From: Chloropicon primus
Taxonomy: Eukaryota
NCBI GenBank assembly: GCA_023205875.1
Contig: CP060756.1
Coordinates: 744,001-808,000, forward strand
DNA: 64,000 nucleotides
Direction of reading: 5' to 3'
Shown one piece after another: positions 43,692 to 55,400 of the stretch. Within the stretch, counting starts at the first letter, position 1. Each line of letters opens with the position of its first letter. Position numbers and translations under genes: made by a program. Below the pieces are notes generated by a model. It was not told where the DNA came from. It did no database searches and saw only the letters and a list, made by a program, of their open reading frames with translations.

Positions 43692-44168
43692 ATGTCTGCA
43701 GCGAGCTTGATTGCGTACATGAACGAGAACGGGGGTTCCGGGAACTCTGCGGCGGCATCCATGGCCTTTGAGGAGTGGGTGGACGAGCACGTGAGGTGAG
43801 TCCACGCTTTTTCCAAGCACCTGGCTCGACGTTCTGACTTGTTTGTCCCTGTTCCGACCTGAATCGTGCTCGGTAGTCAAATCTTTTGGAACACCAGCGA
43901 AGTGAAGAGCATTTTTGAGTACTTCAACAACGATGCCGTCATGCACCAGTGCTTGGAGTACCTCGCCGAAAAGTTCGAGGAGATGGCGACGGCATCCTTG
44001 ACGTGCCAGGCCGTTGCCGCGATACTTTCCAACACCAAGAACGAGAGCGTAAACTACATGATGTGCGAGAAGCTCTTGCCTCTGATCCGAGACAAGCAGA
44101 ACAAGCAGATCGTCCTCGATTGCTTTAGCAACAGGGCAGTCCAGATGCAGGTCGAGGACCTGTTCTAG
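43692..44168 (+). CDS. Small protein (131 aa), DUF4476-like; exons 43692-43795 and 43877-44168
   Basis: Phase-2 GTGAG...TAG intron with CTGAC; TGTAA at 44202. LTCQAVAAIL...LLPLIRDKQNKQIVLDCFS resembles DUF4476 (from memory). Confidence 0.6.
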
Positions 44169-44441
44169 AGTGCAGGGCGCGGACTTTCGAACGCACGAAA
44201 CTGTAATAATTGATTCGAGTGGACTCCAAACGATTTTGATTTCCAAGGTGGAAGCCCTGCTCTCTCTCCTCTTCTCTCCCCCAACCCACAAAGAGAGACC
44301 AAGCCACGAGGACGGCCTCGAGGAGACAATCCCTCCTCCCTGGAATACCCGACCCGAAAGACCTCAACTCAAGGTTGAACCCACCCCTGCCATCTGTCTT
44401 TCCTCAAGAGCTCTAGATGACGTGGCGCCACAGAAATCCAG

Positions 44442-44569
44442 CAGCGTCGGAGGTCTCAGCGTCGGAGGTCTCAGCGTCGGAGGTCTCAGCGTCGGAGGTC
44501 TCAGCGTCGAAGGTATCAGCGTCGGAGGTATCAGCGTCGGAGGTATCAGCGTCTCAGCGTCGGTGGTCG
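44442..44569. repeat. 15-bp minisatellite CAGCGTCGGAGGT(C/A)T: 7 full units, one 8-bp truncated unit, one degenerate unit
   Basis: Read directly; it ends 5 bp before the cryptochrome ATG. Confidence 0.92.
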
Positions 44570-44573
44570 AACG

Positions 44574-46436
44574 ATGCTTCGGTCGGAGGCGAAGGAAGCG
44601 AAGGGTCTCCTTGATGGTGGACGACGGCGGGGTGGGGTGCTGGTTTGGTTTCGCAGGGATCTGAGGCTTCACGACAACGAGACGATTTACGCGGCGGCGA
44701 TGCGGGCGAGGGAGACGAACACTCTCGTGAACTTTTGCTACATCCACCGCGACGTGGCCTCGTCGCGGGAGCCGTGGCACAGGAGGCAGGGGGGGGCGTC
44801 CCTGGCGTTCCTGGGGGCGTCCCTGAGGGCGCTGGATGACCACCTGATCGAAACCTTCGGAGAAGGGGGAAAGGTGATCTTTAGGGAGTGCGAGGACGAG
44901 CACGACGGCGTGGTGAGCGCGCTCGCGGAGGTTGCAGAGGCTTGCGGCTCTTCCGAAATTTTCTTCGGAAGGTGCTTCGAGGAGAAGCTGGTTGCCGAGG
45001 AGAAGCACGCCCAGATGCAACTCAGCAGGCTCCACGGCTTGAGATCGAAAGCTTTCAGCACCTTCCTTCTCCACGATCCCGAGGCCGTGGCCATCGATAT
45101 GAGGAGGTGGAAGGGGCACTTCGGGACTCTGACTCCGTTCCATTTTGCTTGCAAGCAGCAGCGCAAGGAGCTAAAAACGTTCCCAGTTCCAGCGAGCATG
45201 CGGATTGGGGAGGCTTCGGTCGCCCTGGAGAAAGCTTGGACCCTGGAGAACGACTCGAATGGCTTCGAGGTCTTCCTGTCCACCGGGGTGAGGGATGGCG
45301 ACGACGCGGCGTTGTCGTCCTCCGAATCGAGCTGGGTGGACAAGCTCGTCCAGAACTGGTTCGACGGTTCGACCGAGTGCTTCGGAGAGGTTCACGCCCT
45401 GAAACTCTTGGACGAGTTCATACAGCACAAGATGAACAAGTACGAGAGCAGCAGGGGGTACGCTGACGCCCGAGCCGTTTCGAAGCTCTCTCCGTACTTG
45501 CACTTTGGGGTCCTCTCGCCGGCGCACATGGCGAACCGACTTGAAAAGTCCGGGTGCGAGGCAGCGTCAAAGACGTTCTGGAGGCGATTGGTGTGGAGAG
45601 ACCTCGCTTACTGGCAGCTTCACCACTGGCCGCGGATGCCAACCCAACCCATCCGCCGCTTCTACGAGGAGCACGAGTGGAGGGAAGACGCCGAGGCTCT
45701 GGAGAGGTGGAAGCGAGGGAGAACGGGCTTCCCCCTTGTGGATGCCGGCATGAGGGAACTGTGGCACACCGGGTGGATGCAGCAAAACGTGAGGATGTGC
45801 TGCGCGCTCTTTCTCACGGAGTATCTCAACGTGCACTGGGCAAGGGGTGCTGAGTGGTTCCACGAGACGCTTTTCGATGCCGACCTGGCCATCAACTCCA
45901 TGATGTGGCAGAACGCTGGGAAATCGGGGCTCGACCAGTGGAACTTCACGGTGGGCCCAACTGCCAAGTCCCTCGATCCCAGCGGGGACTATGTCAGGCG
46001 ATGGGTTCCAGAGCTAAAGAGACTTCCGAAACCATTTCTTCACGCGCCGTGGGAGGCCACGGAAGCGGTGCTCGTGGAGGCGGGCCTGTCTCTGGGAGAG
46101 AACTACCCGCACAGGATCTCAGCGGTCGCCGACGTTGCGAGCGCCAAAAACAGGAACCTTCAGGCAGTCTTGAAGCTGAGGGAGAAGGCGAAACGGTCCG
46201 GGTTTGTGGATGAGAACGGGTACGATCTCATCAAAGCCCCCCGGGGGAGCTGCAGAGGGAGCAACAATGGCAAGGTAAGAGTCTTCACCAAGCCCGAGTA
46301 CAGGAGAAACGGGCAAAAGAAAACGAAGGGTGGTCAGAACCAGAAGAGGGGGAAGAAGAGGCCGAAAGTCGGCAAGGAGACGAAGGTCGTTCTGAGGCAG
46401 CTGTCGTTGGAGGAAGCTCTGCGGATGGATCATTAG
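44574..46436 (+). CDS. Cryptochrome/photolyase family protein, plant-like CryP type
   Basis: WFRRDLRL, SKLSPYLHFG, GRTGFPLVDAGMRELWHTGWMQQNVRM and DADLAINSMMWQNAGKSGLDQWNF; basic NLS-like tail. Confidence 0.88.
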   Translation: MLRSEAKEAKGLLDGGRRRGGVLVWFRRDLRLHDNETIYAAAMRARETNTLVNFCYIHRDVASSREPWHRRQGGASLAFLGASLRALDDHLIETFGEGGKVIFRECEDEHDGVVSALAEVAEACGSSEIFFGRCFEEKLVAEEKHAQMQLSRLHGLRSKAFSTFLLHDPEAVAIDMRRWKGHFGTLTPFHFACKQQRKELKTFPVPASMRIGEASVALEKAWTLENDSNGFEVFLSTGVRDGDDAALSSSESSWVDKLVQNWFDGSTECFGEVHALKLLDEFIQHKMNKYESSRGYADARAVSKLSPYLHFGVLSPAHMANRLEKSGCEAASKTFWRRLVWRDLAYWQLHHWPRMPTQPIRRFYEEHEWREDAEALERWKRGRTGFPLVDAGMRELWHTGWMQQNVRMCCALFLTEYLNVHWARGAEWFHETLFDADLAINSMMWQNAGKSGLDQWNFTVGPTAKSLDPSGDYVRRWVPELKRLPKPFLHAPWEATEAVLVEAGLSLGENYPHRISAVADVASAKNRNLQAVLKLREKAKRSGFVDENGYDLIKAPRGSCRGSNNGKVRVFTKPEYRRNGQKKTKGGQNQKRGKKRPKVGKETKVVLRQLSLEEALRMDH

Positions 46437-46497
46437 TTGTACTATTTTGAATTATTAATGCTTTTATGTATTTTAACATTTGTGTGCTCTACTACTC

Positions 46498-49400
46498 TTA
46501 CTCGACGTCAAGGAACATGCAGACTCCCGCAAGGATCCACTTCAGTTCGCCGTGGTCCTTCTTGAACTTGAGCTGGGCGGTAAAGACCTCCTGCCTGAAC
46601 CTGCACTCCGTGACGTACACGGGGCACTGGTACACGTCCCTCATGTCCGCCTTATCTGCCGTGACAGCCTTCACTTGGATGACTGGCATCTTGTAGAACA
46701 GCTCCTTTGGCCGCGAGTCTTCGAGGGCGTTAGCCTTCTCATCGATTCTCGCGCCCTCGAGAGTGAGCCCGTGGATGTAAGCGCCGTCCCTTGGAGGCGC
46801 CTCGATCTGATCCACTTGCTTCTTGGTGACCTCCGTCACGATCTTGGTCTTGTCCAGAGGCCAGTCGTTCCTCCTGGCGGTGGTCTGCATCACGGCCGTG
46901 AGGAAGGACTGTGGGTTGAACAGAGCACCCAGCCAGACGACCTTGGGCAAGCTCATGTCCGTAGTCCAGTCTGTGAGCTGGGCGTGCCTCTCGATCAAGT
47001 TCTGAAGCCAGCTTCCGAGCGGCCTGAGAGACGCGTAAGCGTACTTCATCCAGGTGCCAGGAATCTGATCGTTGGCTAGACTGTACATCAAGTTCTCCAT
47101 GGACTCCGTCATCGTGAGGTCACCCTTGAGACCCAGGTTCAACTCCACCAGGCTCGCTCTGAGGATGCCCAGGAGCAAGTTCATTCTCTCGCACTCCTGG
47201 ATGGCCACCATCGTGTAGGGCGACTGGTCCTCCCCGTCCGACCTGATCTCCTCCATGTCAAAGACCTCCGGAAGCTTCTCCAGCATCTCGTCGAGGACCA
47301 TCTTGGTCTTCTCCTCGACGCTGACCCCGCCCCCACCGCCAGCCTCCCTTGGCTGGAGCAGGAGAACCGACTTGCCGTACGTCTCGGTCTCTCTGAGCTT
47401 GTAGCCAATCTCAGCGTTTGGATGCAATCCAACCGAGAGTGGGGTGTCCATCGGCATCGTCTCCTCAACAAAGTCCATCACCTGCACCTTGTTCAGGGTC
47501 GATGGAGGGGACGTGAATCCTGGGAACATCTCCATTGGCTCGAGCGCAGCCTCCACAAAGTACTTTTTGAGGTAAGCCATCGTCAAGCGACGATCCCAGT
47601 CTTCCACGACGTGGCCCCCGTACATGATCTCGCCAAAGATGTACTGCAAGTCATCCCAAGGCACAGAGTTGGCGTTCTCAAGGTAGTTGTACGCGCACTG
47701 GGCGCAGCAAAGAAGGTCTCCCGTGTTGAAGGGATAGTTCATGTTCCACCCGATACCCGACTGAGCCCCGGGCAAGTTTCCGACGCCGTACTTCTTCCTC
47801 TCGAGCAAGGCCGAGTGGAAGTAGCACAGGGCGAAGATGATGCTCCTGAACTCGCCAGGCTTGGCACAGTTCTCGAGGTACTCCTCCTCAAAGTTGCTGT
47901 ACGCCCTCAGAATGTTCTCCTTCAGGCCCATCGTAGGCTCATTCGTCAGCTTGATGGAGTTCTGAAGCAGCGAGATGGGGAGGCCCCTCTCGAGGATTGG
48001 TGGTGGCTCCGCAGACAGGAAGAGTCTGAAGTCCTCGTGTGCGCCCTCCGCGAGCTTGTCCACGGCCTTCTCGAGCGGCCCGGAAGTCCAGTCGATCGTC
48101 AAGTGAATGTTCTGAAGAAGGACCCATCCACCATTCTTGTGCGCATGCTTGAGATAGCTGATCGCCTTCTCCTCCTGACCTTGGCCAAGACTGACACTGT
48201 TGTAGTTGCCCGCGTCTCTGGAGATGCCGAAGTTCTTTCCGAGGGCCTCGACGCTTACAGCGACGTCGACACCGGGACTGAGGAACACAAAGATTGGAGT
48301 GCCAGGCTTGGCGTCCTCGAAGCTCCTCTCCAAGTTGAAAGGAACGCTCTCAGTGAAGGAGGAGCCCAAAACGTTTTCTACGAACTTCTGAATCGCAGCC
48401 GGAAGACGGTCTGGTCGGAGCGTCCTCATCATCAACAGCTTGTTGAACTCAGAGGCCTTGCGCCACTCTCCGGGGTACGATTCGGTCTCGCAGTACTCGA
48501 GCTCGAACCACTCCTTCCAGCGCTTCGTGGATCCCAGGATGTCATCAGGCAAGGTAGTGAAAGCCTCCAATTCGGACAAGGCTGTCAGAGCCTCCCACGC
48601 ACTCTCCGGAAGCCAGTCGCCAAGAGCGTTCGGCTTGCCCTTTACCCTGGGGCCCTTCAAGAGGTGGTCCAGCGATTGCGCGTCGAGTTCTCCCTTGGAC
48701 TTCAAAATCTTGAACGCCAGCTCGGACGCGGCGATCAGCCTGTGCCTCTCGAAGATACCTTGCGTGATGTACCTGAAGATAGTGATGGACATCGTCTCCA
48801 TGATCTGCTTGATCTCCTCGGGAGAGTTTCCTTCCTTTGGCTTCTCTTCCGTTCCCTCGGCAGGCTGCTCTCCCTCGACAGCTTCCGCTTCTTCCTCTTC
48901 CTTGGGCTCCTTCTTTGGCATCCCAAGATGAATTCCCTTGACAAGAATGTACATGTAGTTGGCCATCGAGAACTGGTAGACACGGTCGAGGTTGTTCAGC
49001 TCGTTCACGACGAAGTACATCAAGGAACCCCTGGCTGCAATGGACCTGTAAGTCTCCCTAGCAGTAGCAATGTTCTCGGACGTGACCTTGGCATCCTCGA
49101 CTTTCTGTGCGATGTCAATCGCAGTCTTCTTGGTCTCCTCGAGGTTCTCCACGAGCTCGACGTCTTCCAAGATGTCACCCTTTGCGTTCGCGAGCTTGAA
49201 AAGAAGGTTGTCCTCCAGCTCGTTCAGGGTGATGGTGTACTGAGCAAGCGTCTTGACCAGGTCCGCTGCCTCGCGCTGCAAATCTGGGCGAAGGTTCTCC
49301 ACGACGACGGCGAGGATCTGGTCCTCCAGACCCTTCTCAGTCACGCAGAAGTTCACCAAAGTCGTCTGCGCGTTGATCTCAGGTCTGTAGTGGGGGTTCG

Positions 49401-52400
49401 AAAGCTTGGTCTGCAGGAAGAGCTTGAAGTTTGGATCGTACTCGATCTCCTTCTCGCCGAGCTTGATCAGCAAGGTCCTTCCACGAGTGGAAGTCTCCCT
49501 GCCAATCACGGGGTTTAGCACGGCGTCGATCTCCTCGCCCATGTTCTCGATCAGGAGAGGAATTCCGTTCTCCATGCACTGCTCCACGGTGTCGAGGTAC
49601 CTATCCTGGCTCAACTGGATGATCTTGAGGCCGTTGCTCTCCTCCTTGTTGATGACCCACTTCACTCCCTGGAGCTGAGGGTCAATCATCAGGCTCCACC
49701 TCGCGGCGTTGCTCATGATGGCTCCGTTTCCAACGGACAGCGGGTCAGTTGGAAGGCCTTCCTGGTTCCACTGAGCCTTCAGGGACTCGTCCGTGAGAAT
49801 ATCCAAGGGAGCGATGCCCTCGCTCATTGGGATTTGCCTCTCGGACATATCGGGCAGCCACTTCATGTTCACGAGCTTCTCCCTGTAGTTGATATCAAAT
49901 GGACCAGCGTAACTCACGAAGGACGAGGCCAGGAGGACGTCTCCGATGAGCTTTCCTTCCATGACGTTGAACTTCTCGATGCTCTCGCCCCAACGGACCC
50001 TCTCGCCCGACAGTCCGTTGATGAGGCGATCCGCAAGGGCCTTCTTGCTGGCAGTCTTGTCGGCCTGCGCAATGGCCCTGTTCTTGTCCTCCGTGGCCTT
50101 CATGAGGTTGTCCTCCAAGGAGGCCACCCTGTCCTGCAGCTCCTTGACCTTGGACCTAATTCCCTTGAGCTTCCTGTTCGCGTCATTCAGCTTCTTGTTG
50201 GCATCCGCAAGCTTCGCACGCTTTGGAGCGACAACTTCATAAATTCTGTAGTACTTGCAAATGTTGATCACCCAGGCACACAGACCCGCAGCGGCGGAGG
50301 ACTTGGCCCTGATGTTGTCAGCAGTGAAGTTAGGATTGCTCATGTAATCCTTCTCCACCTTCTCGACGCAGTTCACTGGGGTGTTGTCCTTGTCGAAGTC
50401 CTTCAGGGACTGCAAGAAGGCGTCCACCTTGTTCATCATCTTTTTGCCAGCCTGCCAGGACAGATCCTTGGGGATCTTACCCTTTGGTGCCGTCAAAATC
50501 ATGCACGCGGCGGCGACGTTCACGATCTCCTCAGAGGGAGAACCGAAGGTCTTCAGTTCTCCGAGGGAGGCCTTGTCCAAGGAATCCAGGGCAGCCTCAG
50601 CCTCAGCGATGATTGGCTCGGCGGCCTTCAAGTCCTCCTCACACTCGGCTTGGAAAGCCGTCACCTCTTCTGCGATCTTGGCGCAGGCCTCCTCGTCATC
50701 TCGGGAGGACTCGACTGCCTGATCGACGACGCCCTTCTCCTGACCAATGCTCGCAATGAGCGCATCTGTCGTGGTCTTCTTCTCCTCGACGATGATCTGC
50801 TCTTGCTTGAGACTCAGCTGCAAATCAGCGACTTGCTGGCTGGCTTGGACGATCTTGTCCACACCATTCTCCAACCTCTCTCTGGACTTGATCAGGCCCG
50901 CGCGCTTGTCCGCGAGCAGGCTCTGGTAGAGAGAAATCAGCTCAAGATAACTCTTTGGGGTCGTGTAGGCGTACCTCCTCTGGACAATCTTGAAGTCCGC
51001 GCAGGCCTCTGCGACGGACTGGTGCACAAACGCCATGTGGTAGGCCAGGTTCTCCTGCACTTCATCCTCCAAGTCTGGAATGTTGTTCAGGAACTTCTGA
51101 GCGACACTGACGAGGGCCTCGAACGGCCAGTCGGTGAAGTAGTCGTAAACGGTGCAGTTGATGAGGGCTGGGAACTGCCTCGCCCAGACCTTGAAGTTCT
51201 CCCCGACTGGAGAGAAGCACATGACGATGTGCAGGTACTTCCTCACCTTGCTGATGAAGAAGTTCCAGCAGTTATCGGTGCTGTCGACGATGCCAGCTTG
51301 CTTGACCTCGCTGCGGACTGCATTGCAGACGTTGTCTCTCTCCTCCTGGGTGAACACATCGGCGACGTATCCCGTGGCCAAGAAGTCGTTGATGTAAACC
51401 AAGAACCTCTGATCCACGATCTGGTTGTCCGTGATCAAGAAAGTCGTTGGCATGGACTTCACTCCCGCTCTGTGGTACAGGGACAAGAAGAATTCTTTGA
51501 AGTCCGAAATGCCGTAGCTTCCAGTGATCTGGATCTGGAACGTCTCCTGGTCGCTCACAAAGGCTGCGAGGCGAGCCAAGGACTGCTTTCCGCTGCCACC
51601 GACACCAACGAGAACGGCGTTTCCTCTTGGCTGACCGATGATGCGGGTGATCCTCGTGATGTGCTCGATGGCTTGGTCAAAGAGCACGAGGTTCATCGCA
51701 GGGTTTCCGCCGTTGTACTCCTCGAGCTTCTGCTCCAGGAGCTTTTTCAGGGAATCCATTCCCGTGATGCTCGAGTACACGGGCTCGTCGTCCGCCGAGA
51801 AGGACGTGAAGCTGGTGAAGAGTCTAGGGAGCTCCTCGATCTCCGCGGCATCTTGGTCCTCGAAGTACTTCTTGGTGAGCATGGTGCGGATCTCCGAGAA
51901 CTTGGAGCGGTCGGATTCCGTCACCAGCCTGTCCAGGAAAACTCTCTCGCACTCGTGCACCCACAAGCGAACGATCTGCTTGGTGGAAGTGAAGAACTCT
52001 GGGGTCGTTCTGCACATGCCTTGGACGACCGAGCTGAGCTCTCTCAAGTTGAACTGGTAGTGGAACTTGACCGCGCTAGGCAGGAACGTGTTCATCACTT
52101 GCTTGTGCAGCTCAATAGTCGCGTTGATGACCCTCTCCGAGTAATCCTGGAGCTCGGCGCCGAAGGGCGCCATGTGACCATCGAAGATTCCGTGGTAGAT
52201 GGACTTGAGCACATCCGCATCGGGCATCTGGACAGCCAACGTCAAGAAGTGCCTCTGCATACGAGGCGTGAGCGTGAAACTTCCCGCTGTTGGGTTCATA
52301 CTAGCGCACAGCTGGCACTTCATGATCTCCTTGAGGAGAATCTTCTCCTTGTCGTACCAGCCGCCGTAGTCAACGTACTGCCTGACAATCTCAATCGCGC

Positions 52401-55400
52401 CTTGGGTGTCGTACTTGTCCTTGTTCGGCATGTTCATGTCGTCGATGAAGTAGATGAGGCGCTTGGAGCCCGGTGGGCCGTAGCGCATGCCGGACTTCTT
52501 CTCCAAGGGCGCCTCGAGGGTTGGCTGAAGATCCCACGCCTCGGTGAAGGAGTTCATGGAGACGGTGCACTGGGTCACCTCCTCCGCGTCCATGCTGGAG
52601 AGCTTGGACTGCATGATCGCGGTCTTTCCGGTTCCCGTGTTTCCGACGAACATGACGTAGTGCTTGTTCTCAAAGAGGGAATCCAAGAGGTACGTCAGCC
52701 TTGACGTCTCCATGGTTGGCACGAAGATCTTGCCGAAATCATTCTCTGGAGAATACAAGTACTGGGGGACTTTCTCGTGCCAGTGGGTCATCGTTGGAAC
52801 GGCGTTGCCCTCCCCGTCGGTCTCGGAGACGAAGTAGTCGAAAACGAGGCCCTTGTTTGGGAATTGGACCACCTTGAACTCGGACTGCCACCACTTGCTA
52901 AATTCTGTGGCAAAGTCGTTCACCTTGTCCACAAGCATGGCGCCTCCGATCGCCCACACGCAGGCAAAGACGAAGTGGTGCTCCATGAGGACCTGATCCG
53001 GCCTTGGAGCGTTCTCCTCCTTTGGAATGATGCCCTCAAGAATCTTGCAAATTCCTTGCGCCATGGAGACGCCCGACAATGGAATGATCGTCTTGAAGTT
53101 CCTTCTGCAGAACTCCAACGACTTGTCGAGGTACTTCGCGAACAAGGTCGACAGAATGCTCCTGTAATTCGTGGCACTCTGCTTCCCGATCCAAGAGTCG
53201 ACCACTGGCTGGACGCCGACATCAGTCTCGTTCACGTAGATGACTCCACCTCTGGACACCGTCGCCGGGGAGCAGTGAATCATGTGGTTGATCTCCAAGA
53301 GAAGCCTCATGGTAGAGGTCAAGGGGATTCTCTCGTTACTCGCGAGGGTAAGCATCTTGTTGTCGTCCATCACCGTGTTCATGGACTCGATCCACTCCGC
53401 GTCAATGTCGCCGTCGAGCACAATCCACTGGTGAGCGAACGTGTCGTTGTTCGACATGTCCCTGAAAGTGGTACTGATGAGACCCTCGTTCCACTCGCGG
53501 GTCGCGCGGTTGACGTATCCGTACAACTCGTTACGGGTCACAGCCTTTGGGTTGAGAGGCTTGGCTTGAGTCTTCTCACCAATAATCTGCTGGGCCTTCA
53601 GGAGGGTCTTCCAGATTGCCGTCTTTCCCGAGCCCGCGGGACCGAGAAGGAAAACACTCCATCTGACCTCAAAGATTTCTCTGAGCTGGCTGACCTTCAA
53701 GCGGAAAACATCGTCCGTCTGGTAGTCCAACTCAGCTCCAGCCTTCTTGACCGCCTCCTCGAAGACGTCGTCGATGGCCCTTGGAACCTTGCTGAGCGTG
53801 TTTGGGAAGAGGTCCTCCAACAAGCCCATGAAGATTCGGGAGTCGTCGGTGGTCAACTTTCCAAGGTTGAAGTCACGCAATGCACGGAGCAGGACCTTGT
53901 CCTCGGACAAGTCGGGAGAAGACCTCTTCATTCCTCCAGCAACGTAAAGGGTGGTCTTAATGGCCCTCAGTTTCCAATCGTAGTGAGCCGACTTGGAAAG
54001 CAGGTCTCCACTCAAGGAGTACAAGATGACGAACTTCCTGGCAAGAAGCTTGGAGTCTTGGAATCCCTCGGCCATGAGCATGACCTCGCAGATAAGTGCG
54101 AGGTCAGGCACGCACATCGACACTGGCCTGAACAGGGCCTTGAGAGACTCTGGCAGCTCGGCTCTTCCAGGGTAGCCAGGGTTCATCGTGATGAAGGCCA
54201 TCGCGGATGGAATCAACTTGACGTCCACGTCCTCAAGAATGAAGGATGGCTTCTGGGCACGGATGGCATCGAGCACCGATTTGTACTGGGTGGAGCACAC
54301 ACTCAGCACAGCGACGGGGATTCTGTTGAACTCATCAAAGCAACCCCAGGCTCCGGTCTGCGCCAGACCCTTGTAGATGCTGCCCATGGTCTTGTAATCC
54401 ATCTGGTCACTGCAGTTGTAGACGTACACCTGAACACCAAGGCACCTTCCAAGATCCTTGACCGTCTCCGTCTTTCCGGTACCGGCAGGACCAGCAGGAG
54501 CTCCGCCCAACACGAGACGCTGGGCCTGGGTCAAAGTGATGTAGCACCTATCCGTGAGGGGGGTGATGCAAAGGCAGCCGCAGTTGCCGATGTACTCGTA
54601 GCCGTACTTGATGGTGGCATCGCAAATGTCGACCTTGACCTCCTTGGTCTCCTCGTGCTGGAAGTACCTCAGCTGGGACTGCCACTGGAAGCACGTCCCG
54701 GCCTCCACCTTCTCGTCAATGAAGCGCAGGACAACGTCTCTGGCGTGGACGTCCAAAGTGCAGAGCGTGATGAGCTTCTTTCTGTCGTTCTTCGTCAGCT
54801 CACCGGTGATCAGCTCGACGATGTCAGAGATCTGGCTCACTTGTCTGTCGTACTCCTCCTTGAGGACCTCCGTGTTGCCATCCTCAAGCTGCTCGAACGC
54901 CTCGTTCATCTGCTGAGTGAACATCACTCTCGTGATCACGACGGTCATTTGGGTCGAGTTCTCCAAGATCCACTTCTGGCGAGGCTTCTCCTCGTAAACG
55001 GGAAGGGCGGTCTTGAACTCGTAGCTCAAGGCCTTCTGCATGGCTGCGACAACGGTGCCCAACCAGTTCTCCACGGGGCCGTCGCACACGCAATCGGCCG
55101 CAAACTTGACGTACTCCATCTCCTTGCTGTACATGCCAATGGCAGTCTTCGTCACTTCGCCCTTCTCGTTGGTCTGGAATTCCAGCTTGGACACCGTGTC
55201 GAAGTTCTTTGGCAGATGCTTCTCGATAGACAGCGGGTTGTTTCCCTTGGACAACATGTCGAGCAAGTCGGCCTGAGAGACGAAGTAGAACCTTGGGAAG
55301 ATCATTCTCTTGGTCTCCAAGTACTCGTTCAAAGCCTTCTCGCACAGCTCAAGCTCAACGAGCATGTTGTCGAGCCTCTCCTGGAAGCCCTCCTGGTTGC

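Noticed and set aside
44442..44569. Possible CRISPR-like array
   Set aside because: The units are head-to-tail with no spacers and there are no cas genes; it is a minisatellite.
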